Source: Candidatus Iainarchaeum sp. (GTDB lineage Archaea > Iainarchaeota > Iainarchaeia > Iainarchaeales > 0-14-0-20-34-12). From it: a stretch of DNA of 32,000 bases. Positions 1-7,208 of the stretch are shown in pieces. The stretch covers positions 30,001-62,000 of the forward strand of contig JAUSKK010000016.1 in NCBI GenBank assembly GCA_030649345.1. The letters run 5' to 3'. How positions within the stretch are numbered: position 1 is the stretch's first letter; every line of letters starts with the position of its first letter. A program made the position numbers and the translations under genes. The notes under the pieces were generated by a model. That model saw only the letters and a list, made by a program, of their open reading frames with translations, ran no database searches and was not told the DNA's origin.

Positions 1-437
1 TTTTTATGATATACCCAAATAGGTTCATGGGAATGATTGATTACAATTTCTTCTAAATTGGCATCGTTTAATAAAATTTCAATTGACCCCAAGCCCATCA
101 TTTCATTAACCAAGAAAGACAAGATCATGGATTTTTCGCTTACATTCATGCCGGGAAATTCTTTGCTGATCATTTTTTCTGCGCGTTCAATTAGTTTGCT
201 TTTGGTTTCCTCTAAAAATCTAGGGTCTGCAATTTTTTCCAAAGCAATTCCAATGCCTGCAATCAATTCATGTTTCAGTTTTTTCAACAATGCTTGTGTT
301 CCAATTCCAAACTCAGGCAAACCTGCATTGTATTCCAAAACATATAATTCAGGTTTTCGAACAATATTGATTTCGATCGGGCTTTTTCCCAATTGAATTG
401 AATAACTTTCTACAATTTTTTCTTTCAAAGAATTCAC
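1..437 (-). CDS. Type IV pilus/archaellum-family secretion ATPase (FlaI/ArlI, PilB/TadA/GspE superfamily), N-terminal ~145 codons only; the rest lies beyond the left window edge
   Basis: Absent from the ORF track because the window edge cuts it. The minus-strand frame opens after TAG (443-441) and reads from GTG(437): VNSLKEKIVESYSIQLGKSPIEINIVRKPELYVLEYNAGLPEFGIGTQALLKKLKHELIAGIGIALEKIADPRFLEETKSKLIERAEKMISKEFPGMNVSEKSMILSFLVNEMMGLGSIEILLNDANLEEIVINHSHEPIWVYHK, with no stop down to position 1. The 'Y.V.E....LL..L' block and the 'G.G.IE.LL.D..LEEI..N' block are characteristic of the N-terminal domain of FlaI/GspE-type ATPases. The GTG overlaps the TGA of the upstream ORF (GTGA, 434-437). TTG at 428 is an alternative start. 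Confidence 0.75.
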   Translation of the reverse strand, partial: MNSLKEKIVESYSIQLGKSPIEINIVRKPELYVLEYNAGLPEFGIGTQALLKKLKHELIAGIGIALEKIADPRFLEETKSKLIERAEKMISKEFPGMNVSEKSMILSFLVNEMMGLGSIEILLNDANLEEIVINHSHEPIWVYHK

Positions 438-1561
438 TTCCTATTCTTAGATGTATTAATGGATTTTGGGTTTAATTTACTTTTCTTTTGGTATTCAATC
501 GACCAATATTCGATTTCCCCTAAAGGCGGGTAATGGATGGCCAAAAGCATGTTTTGTTCTAAAATTTCAGCATACTCCCGCACACTCTGCAAGGACTCAT
601 TCAATTTTTTGGCTGCTTCTTTTTCACTCGTTTTTTCCTGCTGGTTTACATAATCCAATAATTGATCTAACTGGGTTAACACTTTATGTTTTTGAATTTC
701 TTTTAATATATAAACAACCTTTTCTTTGTTGTCCAACTTTTTGAGTGTTTGTTCGTGTTCGGTTTGAATTAATTCCAATAAGCTTTGATAATCTTGTACA
801 ATTTTTTGCACACCCAGCTTTTGAACATCGTGTTCAATTTCTGCACTGGTGATTCCATATTTTTTTGCAAGTTTTTCCAATTTTTCTTGTAGAATCTGCA
901 ATTTTTCTGGATTGATTTGCTGCTGTACTGCTCGAAGTCCGTTGATCCATTCCATGGATGGTTTGGATACTGCTGACGCAGGTTGTTTTTCGTTTTCCGT
1001 GCTTTCTTTTTTTTGTTTTTTTTCTATCCAAATTCTTTTTTCTGCAGTAATTTTAGCTAATTCCAATCGCAAATCATAAAATCGGTCCCGAAATTCTTTT
1101 TCAGAAATTCTGCGTTTATAAAAATTGATTTCAGTTTCTTTCAATAACTTTCGTATTTCTTCTTCCCGAATTTCCAATTCCCTTATTTTATCTTCTATAT
1201 TTTGTTCTGCTTGAATAAATTTTTTTTCTGGAATTTGAATTAATGCAATTTGTGGTTTAATTTTTTCATCCAATTCTTGTTTGATTTTTTCCAAATACTC
1301 TGGAGAATAGATTACATTTACTGTTTGAATGGGACTGTTTCCTCCTTTTTTAGCTTGCACTTTTTTTTCTACAATTTTAATTCCAGCAATTTTGTTTTGG
1401 AGTTTTTCTTTCAGTTCAAAATCTTTGGCACGGGCTTGATTTTTGGACTCTTTTTCCAAAATAATATCCAATGATCTTTGCCAGCGTTTTTTCCAGCCTT
1501 CCATGGCTGCTTGGGCATGTTTTTGGGTGTTTCCAAACCAACCGTGTTTTCCATTTTTCAT
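434..1561 (-). CDS. Hypothetical highly charged coiled-coil protein (375 aa), no TM segment; translationally coupled to the downstream ATPase
   Basis: Long ATG-initiated ORF (cat at 1559-1561) in a stop-rich AT-rich genome. K/E/Q-rich heptad-like sequence throughout. N-terminus is MKNGKHGWFGNTQKHAQAAMEGWKKRW. The stop overlaps the ATPase start codon. Confidence 0.75.
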   Translation of the reverse strand: MKNGKHGWFGNTQKHAQAAMEGWKKRWQRSLDIILEKESKNQARAKDFELKEKLQNKIAGIKIVEKKVQAKKGGNSPIQTVNVIYSPEYLEKIKQELDEKIKPQIALIQIPEKKFIQAEQNIEDKIRELEIREEEIRKLLKETEINFYKRRISEKEFRDRFYDLRLELAKITAEKRIWIEKKQKKESTENEKQPASAVSKPSMEWINGLRAVQQQINPEKLQILQEKLEKLAKKYGITSAEIEHDVQKLGVQKIVQDYQSLLELIQTEHEQTLKKLDNKEKVVYILKEIQKHKVLTQLDQLLDYVNQQEKTSEKEAAKKLNESLQSVREYAEILEQNMLLAIHYPPLGEIEYWSIEYQKKSKLNPKSINTSKNRK

Positions 1562-1598
1562 ATAAGACCTTTACTATTATTGATTTAGTATATTTCAG

Positions 1599-1662
1599 GA
1601 TGTTGAATACTATTTAATGCAATAATGTATGTATCAATCATACCTTTTATTTGTTCAACATC
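1599..1662 (-). repeat. Intergenic inverted-repeat element, copy A (GATGTTGAA / TTCAACATC arms, 46-nt interior)
   Basis: Minus strand: GATGTTGAAC-AAATAAAAGGTATGATTGATACATACATTATTGCATTAAATAG-TATTCAACATC. Perfect 9-bp arms. The interior is homologous to copy C. Confidence 0.7.
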
Positions 1663-1666
1663 TTGA

Positions 1667-2533
1667 TTAGGTTTTTCTTTGCTTTAAAGAATCGCCTACT
1701 TGAATACTGTTTTTACTCCATTCAATTTCTGGAACATTTCCTGCACCAAAATCAACACTGGTTTCGATTTCAATGGGTACAGAATTTTCATTTTTAATTT
1801 CTAATTTTCCGTTAAGCCCTAAAGTAATCACTATATCATTGCCTGCGTTTCCGGATGTTTTAATTGTAATGGTGCTAACTTGATTGGGGTCTGCATTGTC
1901 TTCAATATAGCTGGTTTCCAAAATTTTACTGGAGTCCAATACCTTCAAGTCTATGAATATGCCTTTTGTACAGCTTCCAGTACATTCTTTTACATTGGTG
2001 CTTAAACTTTCATAGGACTGATTTTGTAAAGTAATTTGCAATTGATATCCTTCAAAATTAATTGTTTTTGGATTGATTTGGAGTATGTTTTGATTTTTGG
2101 CTTTTTTTCCGGTTTGCAAAGGATGGCCATAATTTACATCGTATGGCTGAATGGTTAATTCATTTAAGCTTAAACTGGCTGTGTTCAAATTAATATCTAA
2201 ATTGTCTTTGTGTTGTCCTGTAAATTTTGCGTAGGTTTCTAAATCCAAAGCATATTGTTGTTTCCCTTTTTTATCGGGCAATGTTTCTGTAAATGTAATT
2301 TTTCCACTTTCAATAATCCAACTGGTTCCTCCAATTTTTTGCAAAATTTCAGCAATATTATCGGAAATGTTTTCGTATTTGGCCTGCAGGTTTTCCATAC
2401 CGGCCAATTCTTTAAATCCATTAGAATACAAATCATTGCTTTTTTGATATTCAATTCCGGCATTCAATAAAAAAAATCCCAGAATCAAAGCAACCATGCT
2501 TCCGATAAAGGCTTTATTGTTTTGAAAAATCAT
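1667..2533 (-). CDS. Pilin-like protein with class III (type IV prepilin-like) signal peptide, 288 aa
   Basis: N-terminus MIFQNNKA/FIGSMVALILGFFLLNAG: a short polar leader ending K-A, then a hydrophobic helix. ATGA start/stop overlap with the upstream gene (2530-2533). The remainder is beta-rich and polar. Confidence 0.7.
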   Translation of the reverse strand: MIFQNNKAFIGSMVALILGFFLLNAGIEYQKSNDLYSNGFKELAGMENLQAKYENISDNIAEILQKIGGTSWIIESGKITFTETLPDKKGKQQYALDLETYAKFTGQHKDNLDINLNTASLSLNELTIQPYDVNYGHPLQTGKKAKNQNILQINPKTINFEGYQLQITLQNQSYESLSTNVKECTGSCTKGIFIDLKVLDSSKILETSYIEDNADPNQVSTITIKTSGNAGNDIVITLGLNGKLEIKNENSVPIEIETSVDFGAGNVPEIEWSKNSIQVGDSLKQRKT

Positions 2534-2988
2534 TGAAGTTCAGTCTCCAGTTCAGCTAGATAATAACGATAAATTTTTCCATCTTTGAATGTTAAAAACA
2601 TTCTACGCCCTTTGTTTTGTTTGCCTGTATTTGAATTAAACGTATTTCCCAATTTTTGTTCGCTGACTAAACTGAACTGGTTTTCTGAAAAAGTGTATTC
2701 TTTTAAAGTTAGTTTCCATTTCCAGTTTGCCGGCAAGCTTGAGTTAATTAATCGAGTCAATAAATCTGCGTTTAAGCTTTCCAATGCATTTCGTTCATCC
2801 AATAAGTCTAAAGTATCATTAATTCTTTTCTGAACATTGATGGTCCCCAAACTGTTTTTTTCATTGAATGAATAGTTTGCCAAAAGAGTATATAAGGAAA
2901 TAAAAATAATCATGGCTAAGACTGCATCCAAGATTAACGCATATCCTTTATTGGAATAGCGTAAACGTAAATTGTGCGATTTCTCCAT
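2530..2988 (-). CDS. Pilin-like protein with class III signal peptide, 152 aa from ATG 2988
   Basis: MEKSHNLRLRYSNKG/YALILDAVLAMIIFISLYTLLA. The ORF-track start at 3051 would overlap the upstream gene by 104 nt. The internal ATG (cat 2986-2988) gives a typical short leader and a 41-nt overlap. Confidence 0.6.
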   Translation of the reverse strand: MEKSHNLRLRYSNKGYALILDAVLAMIIFISLYTLLANYSFNEKNSLGTINVQKRINDTLDLLDERNALESLNADLLTRLINSSLPANWKWKLTLKEYTFSENQFSLVSEQKLGNTFNSNTGKQNKGRRMFLTFKDGKIYRYYLAELETELQ

Positions 2989-3433
2989 TATATTCCACGG
3001 TCCTTTGAATCGAAATTTTTTGAATTGCTTGAGTATCTGAAATGGGCGCAAATTTTAGCAATTCAATTCCATTTTGTTCTAATTTTAATTCAAATTGGTA
3101 TTCTTCGATATTCATTTTTTGCTTTAATGTTTCGTAATTTGAGTCTGTAAATGCATTCCATTTTTCTAAATAAATTATTCGCTTTTCATTTACTAAAGAA
3201 GGCGTATTGTAATCTGCCTGCAAATGCCAGTTTTCTGGATTTCCAGACTGCATAATTAATACTTCTGCAATTTCCAATGCTTTAACTTCCAATCCATAGG
3301 CTTGAGATTGCCGGTTCATTTTGGTTAATTCATTGTTAAAACTAACCACAGTAATGCCTACCATAATTACAATCACTATGACTGAAAAAAACAAATCAAT
3401 GCTTTCAATTTGCGCTTTATTATTTTTAACCAA
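2948..3433 (-). CDS. Pilin-like protein with class III signal peptide, 161 aa (TTG start)
   Basis: M(TTG)VKNNKA/QIESIDLFFSVIVIVIMVGITVV. There is no in-frame ATG before the hydrophobic helix, so TTG at 3433-3431 is the only sensible start. 8-nt overlap with the upstream gene. Confidence 0.6.
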   Translation of the reverse strand: MVKNNKAQIESIDLFFSVIVIVIMVGITVVSFNNELTKMNRQSQAYGLEVKALEIAEVLIMQSGNPENWHLQADYNTPSLVNEKRIIYLEKWNAFTDSNYETLKQKMNIEEYQFELKLEQNGIELLKFAPISDTQAIQKISIQRTVEYNGEIAQFTFTLFQ

Positions 3434-3797
3434 ATACCAACACCTTGTTTTGATTGGTTATAGTTATATTTCCTGAACCATTGTATTGTCCTTGAAGAAC
3501 AGCGGCATGAGTACAACTAGCTCCCTGTAAAGCATTTTCGTCTTTGTTTACAAACACCAGTTGTGCAGTGATGACTACATTGAAATCATTGGCAATAATA
3601 CTTTGAGTTCTATTTCCTCCCGCATACACACTATTAAGCTGGGCACTGATTTTTTCACAGCCTATTTTTAGTTCAAAATTTTTGACTGCATTATTTCGCT
3701 GAATATCTCCTTGGCCTACATAACTAAGAATGACTGCAAAAAACAATAAGAGTACAACAAATGCAATTAGCATTTCCATAGATACTTGTCCGCGCAT
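3426..3797 (-). CDS. Small pilin (class III signal peptide), 123 aa; candidate major subunit
   Basis: MRG/QVSMEMLIAFVVLLLFFAVILSYV matches the archaeal class III signal consensus: (K/R)G-Q, acidic residue at +5, then a ~20-aa hydrophobic helix. Small beta-rich body. Confidence 0.75.
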   Translation of the reverse strand: MRGQVSMEMLIAFVVLLLFFAVILSYVGQGDIQRNNAVKNFELKIGCEKISAQLNSVYAGGNRTQSIIANDFNVVITAQLVFVNKDENALQGASCTHAAVLQGQYNGSGNITITNQNKVLVFG

Positions 3798-3807
3798 AAA
3801 ATTCTCT

Positions 3808-3876
3808 CAGTATGTTGAATATTAAGTAATTCAATATATTTAAATCAAAATGATCTTTTAATTGTTCAACATACTG
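3808..3876 (-). repeat. Intergenic inverted-repeat element, copy B (CAGTATGTTGAA / TTCAACATACTG arms, 45-nt interior)
   Basis: Minus strand: CAGTATGTTGAAC-AATTAAAAGATCATTTTGATTTAAATATATTGAATTACTTAAT-ATTCAACATACTG. Perfect 12-bp arms. Fills almost the whole gap between the 475-aa and 123-aa pilin genes. Confidence 0.7.
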
Positions 3877-3877
3877 A

Positions 3878-5305
3878 CTAAGGAAATCCACTGCTGGTAT
3901 ATATCGTTCCGTCACTGAAATTATAATCCAAAGTAACCACTTCGCCTACATCGTCAATATCGCCATCAAATTCTAACCTGTTTCCATTACTTTGGTAAAC
4001 TGTTTGTTTGGGAATATTGAAATCTGTAATATTAATCCAAGTACCTGTGCTTGCACTTCCACTGAAAACTTGCTGGCCGTTTAATCTAATTTTTTCAATT
4101 CGATTGCTTGGATCATTGGTCCAACTGACTTTCATGTGGGTAATTGTTGTCGTTGCACAATTGCTGGCATTTTCCATGCCCCAATTTCGAATAATTTCTC
4201 CGCCTTCAGTGTACTGTGCAGTGCTCCAACTATGCACAAAGTTTCCATTGGCATTGGAACCATTTACCGCAAATACATTTTGGTCGGTTACAGTATTAAT
4301 TTTTTTTCCAGTGGCTTGAATGTTCCAATTTCCTTGATTTCCGCTATTGCAGGAGAGTACAAATGAACTTTGATAAAATCCATCAGCTGTTGTTTTTTCT
4401 AATTCTTGATTGACTGTACTTCCTGCTGGATTTTTCAAAAAAGTATTCAAGTCAGCATTCATTAAGCTTCCGTTTTCATCTGCAGTTCGAACTTCAAAAA
4501 ATACAGTGTCTCCAAATACAAAACTATTGGCAGGTCCAGTATATCCTGAATCACCATAGGTTAGAACATTGACATCTCCCAATTCTTGTCCTACATTAAT
4601 TTGAATCCATGCAATGGTTTCCAATCCTTGATTGGATTTAATAATAATTGCACCTTCATACATTTTGGTTGCTGCATTGCTGGGCACTGTAATGGTTACT
4701 GTAAAAATTCCACTAGTTCCAGAATTCAAACTTGAAGGCAAATTGCTAATTCCAATCATTCCATTCAAACTTGAATCTATACTGGGTGTAATTCCGTTGA
4801 CTGTAAGATCCGATAAATTGGCTAAATTGTAATCAGTTTTCACATACACACTTCCTTGCGTCATTTCTCGTGCAAACAATTCAGGTTGTATACTTAATCC
4901 TTGTCCGATTTTGACTGTTCCAGAATTATCCAATTGAATCAATACATCATAAATTCCAGCAGTCATGGGCAAATATCCTTGAACATTTCCATCGGCTAAA
5001 TAGGTTGCGGTTCCCCCAGTTCCAGCTCCGTATACTGAATACGTCCAGCCAATTTCTTTTCCAGAAACAATGGATTTTTGTATTCCGGAAGGCAAAGAAA
5101 TTCGAACTAATTTTTGAGAACCTGGACCTAAAGCATATACTTCGTTGGCTGCTTGCGTTAAAGACAAAGCACTTGAGCTTAAGGACTCGAATTGAATCTT
5201 TTTTTGTGCAATATCGTTGCTGACACTAAACAAAAAGCCAACTACAAATATTACAAAAGCCACAATAAACAAGTATTCTACAGATGATTGTGCACGAAAT
5301 TTCAT
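3878..5305 (-). CDS. Large pilin-like / adhesin-like protein with class III signal peptide, 475 aa
   Basis: MKFRA/QSSVEYLFIVAFVIFVVGFLF (Glu at +5). It is followed by ~450 aa of G/S/T/N-rich, beta-sandwich-looking sequence. Confidence 0.8.
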   Translation of the reverse strand: MKFRAQSSVEYLFIVAFVIFVVGFLFSVSNDIAQKKIQFESLSSSALSLTQAANEVYALGPGSQKLVRISLPSGIQKSIVSGKEIGWTYSVYGAGTGGTATYLADGNVQGYLPMTAGIYDVLIQLDNSGTVKIGQGLSIQPELFAREMTQGSVYVKTDYNLANLSDLTVNGITPSIDSSLNGMIGISNLPSSLNSGTSGIFTVTITVPSNAATKMYEGAIIIKSNQGLETIAWIQINVGQELGDVNVLTYGDSGYTGPANSFVFGDTVFFEVRTADENGSLMNADLNTFLKNPAGSTVNQELEKTTADGFYQSSFVLSCNSGNQGNWNIQATGKKINTVTDQNVFAVNGSNANGNFVHSWSTAQYTEGGEIIRNWGMENASNCATTTITHMKVSWTNDPSNRIEKIRLNGQQVFSGSASTGTWINITDFNIPKQTVYQSNGNRLEFDGDIDDVGEVVTLDYNFSDGTIYTSSGFP

Positions 5306-5341
5306 ATACTGAATAAAAGAATTTAATCAATTTAATTGTTC

Positions 5342-5359
5342 CGTTCAATGGGTTGAACG
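5342..5359. repeat. Short hairpin CGTTCAA-TGGG-TTGAACG, with a TATGTTGAT half-site 7 nt away (5366-5374)
   Basis: 7-bp perfect arms, located between the 139-aa gene stop and the 475-aa pilin start. It shares GTTGAAC/GTTCAA words with the element family, but in a different arrangement. Confidence 0.4.
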
Positions 5360-5374
5360 TGGATATATGTTGAT

Positions 5375-5794
5375 TTAGTCTCGTCCAAATTCTTCTGCAG
5401 GAATTTTTCGGTCAATGTCAAATTGTTCTCTTAACAATCGCTTGGCTATTAATTGTTCAGCTTTACTAATTTGGGTGCCGCCATCTACAATTCGTTCCAG
5501 CAATCCAATGGCTCTCCGGTCTTTTCGCATGGCAAATCCATAGGTTCCCTGAAATCTATGTTCAAAAAAAAGCATTTTGCGTTCATCTACAGTAAACCTT
5601 TTTCCAATTTCAGCTTGTCTTCCTAAATCTTTTAAAACTTCATCAAAAGGAGAACTTTCTTTGGAAACTTTTCGTTCTGTTGTTCCAGCTACTGGGCTTC
5701 TTACACTTCTACTTGCACTAGGGTTTCCAGTTCTTTCTGGTTTTGCTTTTCCTACAGGTTTATGCATATGCACTTGCATTACTGGTCGTTTCAT
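5375..5794 (-). CDS. Hypothetical protein, 139 aa, basic disordered N-terminus
   Basis: ATG at 5794 is preceded by an SD-like TGAGGA 8 nt upstream on the minus strand. The track start at 5797 is TTG. No recognisable domain. Confidence 0.6.
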   Translation of the reverse strand: MKRPVMQVHMHKPVGKAKPERTGNPSASRSVRSPVAGTTERKVSKESSPFDEVLKDLGRQAEIGKRFTVDERKMLFFEHRFQGTYGFAMRKDRRAIGLLERIVDGGTQISKAEQLIAKRLLREQFDIDRKIPAEEFGRD

Positions 5795-5876
5795 CAAAAT
5801 TCCTCATTAAATTTTTCACTGAATAAACTTAATTTATGACTTTCTTTTTTTATTTCTATTCTATTGATTTTTTGTT

Positions 5877-7208
5877 TTAAATTTCAATCTTTTCTTTCAG
5901 TGCTGGAACAAATGCTTGTACTTTTGCTTTTTTTTCTAATTCTTTTTGTAATTCCAGTCCTTTGCTTTCTTCTCCGTGTACCAAAAATACTTGTTTGGGT
6001 TTGATTTTATTCACAAACTCCAGCAGTCCTTTGTAATCCGAGTGTCCTGAAAACTTAACTTGTTTCACACAGCAATTGACTTCTATTTTTTTTCCATTTT
6101 TTAATTCAATTTCTTTTTCTCCATCCAATAGTTGTCTTCCAATGGTTCCATGTACTTGGTATCCTGCAATTACAATGCAATGTCTTTGTTCGGGTGCCAT
6201 GTGTTCAAAATATTTAACGCTGGGCCCGGCGCTTAACATTCCGCTAGTTGCTAAAATTACGGATTGGGGTGTTTCAACTACATCTTTTTTATGAAATGTT
6301 TTCGGTTTTTTAATAACTTTGTCTTTGAATGGATCGTCATCCGCTGTTAAAATTCTGTTCGGAATTTCTTTTTTCAGCCAAATTACATTATGTCTGCAAA
6401 TTCGATTGGCTCTAGTAATCATTCCATCTACAAACAAATTTAATTCAGGCAAATATTTTGAACGTACATAATTGGTGACTGCAAACATAATTTCTTGTCC
6501 TCTTCCGACAGCAAAAGCTGGGACCAAAACATTTCCGTTTCGTGCAAAAGTTTCTTTAATAATATCCGCCAATTCTTTACTGGCCTTTTGCAAACTAGGC
6601 AAAGAATCTTGTTTTCCTCCATACGTGCTTTCCATAATCAAAGCATCTATTGTTTGATTCGGAATTTCGGCTCCATCCAATAAGTGCGTTTCTCGTATAT
6701 TGAAGTCTCCAGTGTACAATAACTTTTTTCCATTGTTTTCCACTAAAATCATACAGCTTCCTGGAATATGTCCTGCATTAAAAAACTCAATGAAAATTTT
6801 TGGAAAAACCTCAATTCTTTCCCGATACTCTAACAAACTAACTTGTTCTAAGGTTTGTTCAATTCCTTGATTGGAGTAACAGTCTGCTTCTTGTTCTTTT
6901 GCAATCTTTAAAGCATCGCTTAACAATAAATGCATTAAATCTCTCGTAGGCTTAGTGCAATAAATTTTTCCAGTAAAACCAGCTTCAACCAAAAACGGAA
7001 TATATCCTGAATGATCTAAATGTGCATGGCTTACAATAATGCAGTCCATATTTTTTGCTTTCTTGATAATTCCAACTGGAAATCGTTGTTCAGGCAATTG
7101 CGAGCCTAAATTAATTCCGCAATCCAATAAAATATTTTTTCCATTTGCTTCCAGCAAAAAACAACTTCTTCCCACTTCTCGGACAGCACCTAAAAAAGAA
7201 ATCTTCAT
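5877..7208 (-). CDS. Metallo-beta-lactamase / beta-CASP ribonuclease without KH domains (archaeal aCPSF2-type)
   Basis: MKISFLGAVREVGRSCFLLE.., the HxHxDH motif in 'VSHAHLDHSGYIPFL', and beta-CASP-type C-terminal motifs ('SGHSDY', 'LVHGE'). Length ~440 aa is typical of aCPSF2. The ATG (7208-7206) shares one nucleotide with the upstream TGA (TGATG). Confidence 0.85.
   Translation of the reverse strand: MKISFLGAVREVGRSCFLLEANGKNILLDCGINLGSQLPEQRFPVGIIKKAKNMDCIIVSHAHLDHSGYIPFLVEAGFTGKIYCTKPTRDLMHLLLSDALKIAKEQEADCYSNQGIEQTLEQVSLLEYRERIEVFPKIFIEFFNAGHIPGSCMILVENNGKKLLYTGDFNIRETHLLDGAEIPNQTIDALIMESTYGGKQDSLPSLQKASKELADIIKETFARNGNVLVPAFAVGRGQEIMFAVTNYVRSKYLPELNLFVDGMITRANRICRHNVIWLKKEIPNRILTADDDPFKDKVIKKPKTFHKKDVVETPQSVILATSGMLSAGPSVKYFEHMAPEQRHCIVIAGYQVHGTIGRQLLDGEKEIELKNGKKIEVNCCVKQVKFSGHSDYKGLLEFVNKIKPKQVFLVHGEESKGLELQKELEKKAKVQAFVPALKEKIEI

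Noticed and set aside
37-396. Plus-strand 119-aa ORF from the track at the left edge
   Set aside because: It is antisense to a much more convincing minus-strand reading frame, the FlaI/PilB-type ATPase N-terminal domain, which is open from 437 to position 1. The plus-strand product is low-complexity (S/I/F/L-rich) with no recognisable features.
1599-1662. Interpreting the repeat elements as archaeal C/D-box sRNAs
   Set aside because: CTGA occurs just after copies A and B (CATCCTGAAAT, CATACTGAGAG), and TGATTGA occurs inside A. However, no element has a proper 5' RUGAUGA C box. Copy C lacks the CTGA. A long terminal stem with a 42-46-nt interior does not fit the C/D k-turn layout.
4008-4366. 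Antisense ORFs inside long genes (4008-4319, 4136-4366, 14437-14811, 19433-19642, 23837-24112, 26336-26569 and others)
   Set aside because: All lie fully within, and opposite to, genes with strong domain or signal evidence. Their products are hydrophobic or low-complexity without motifs. This is typical shadow-ORF behaviour.
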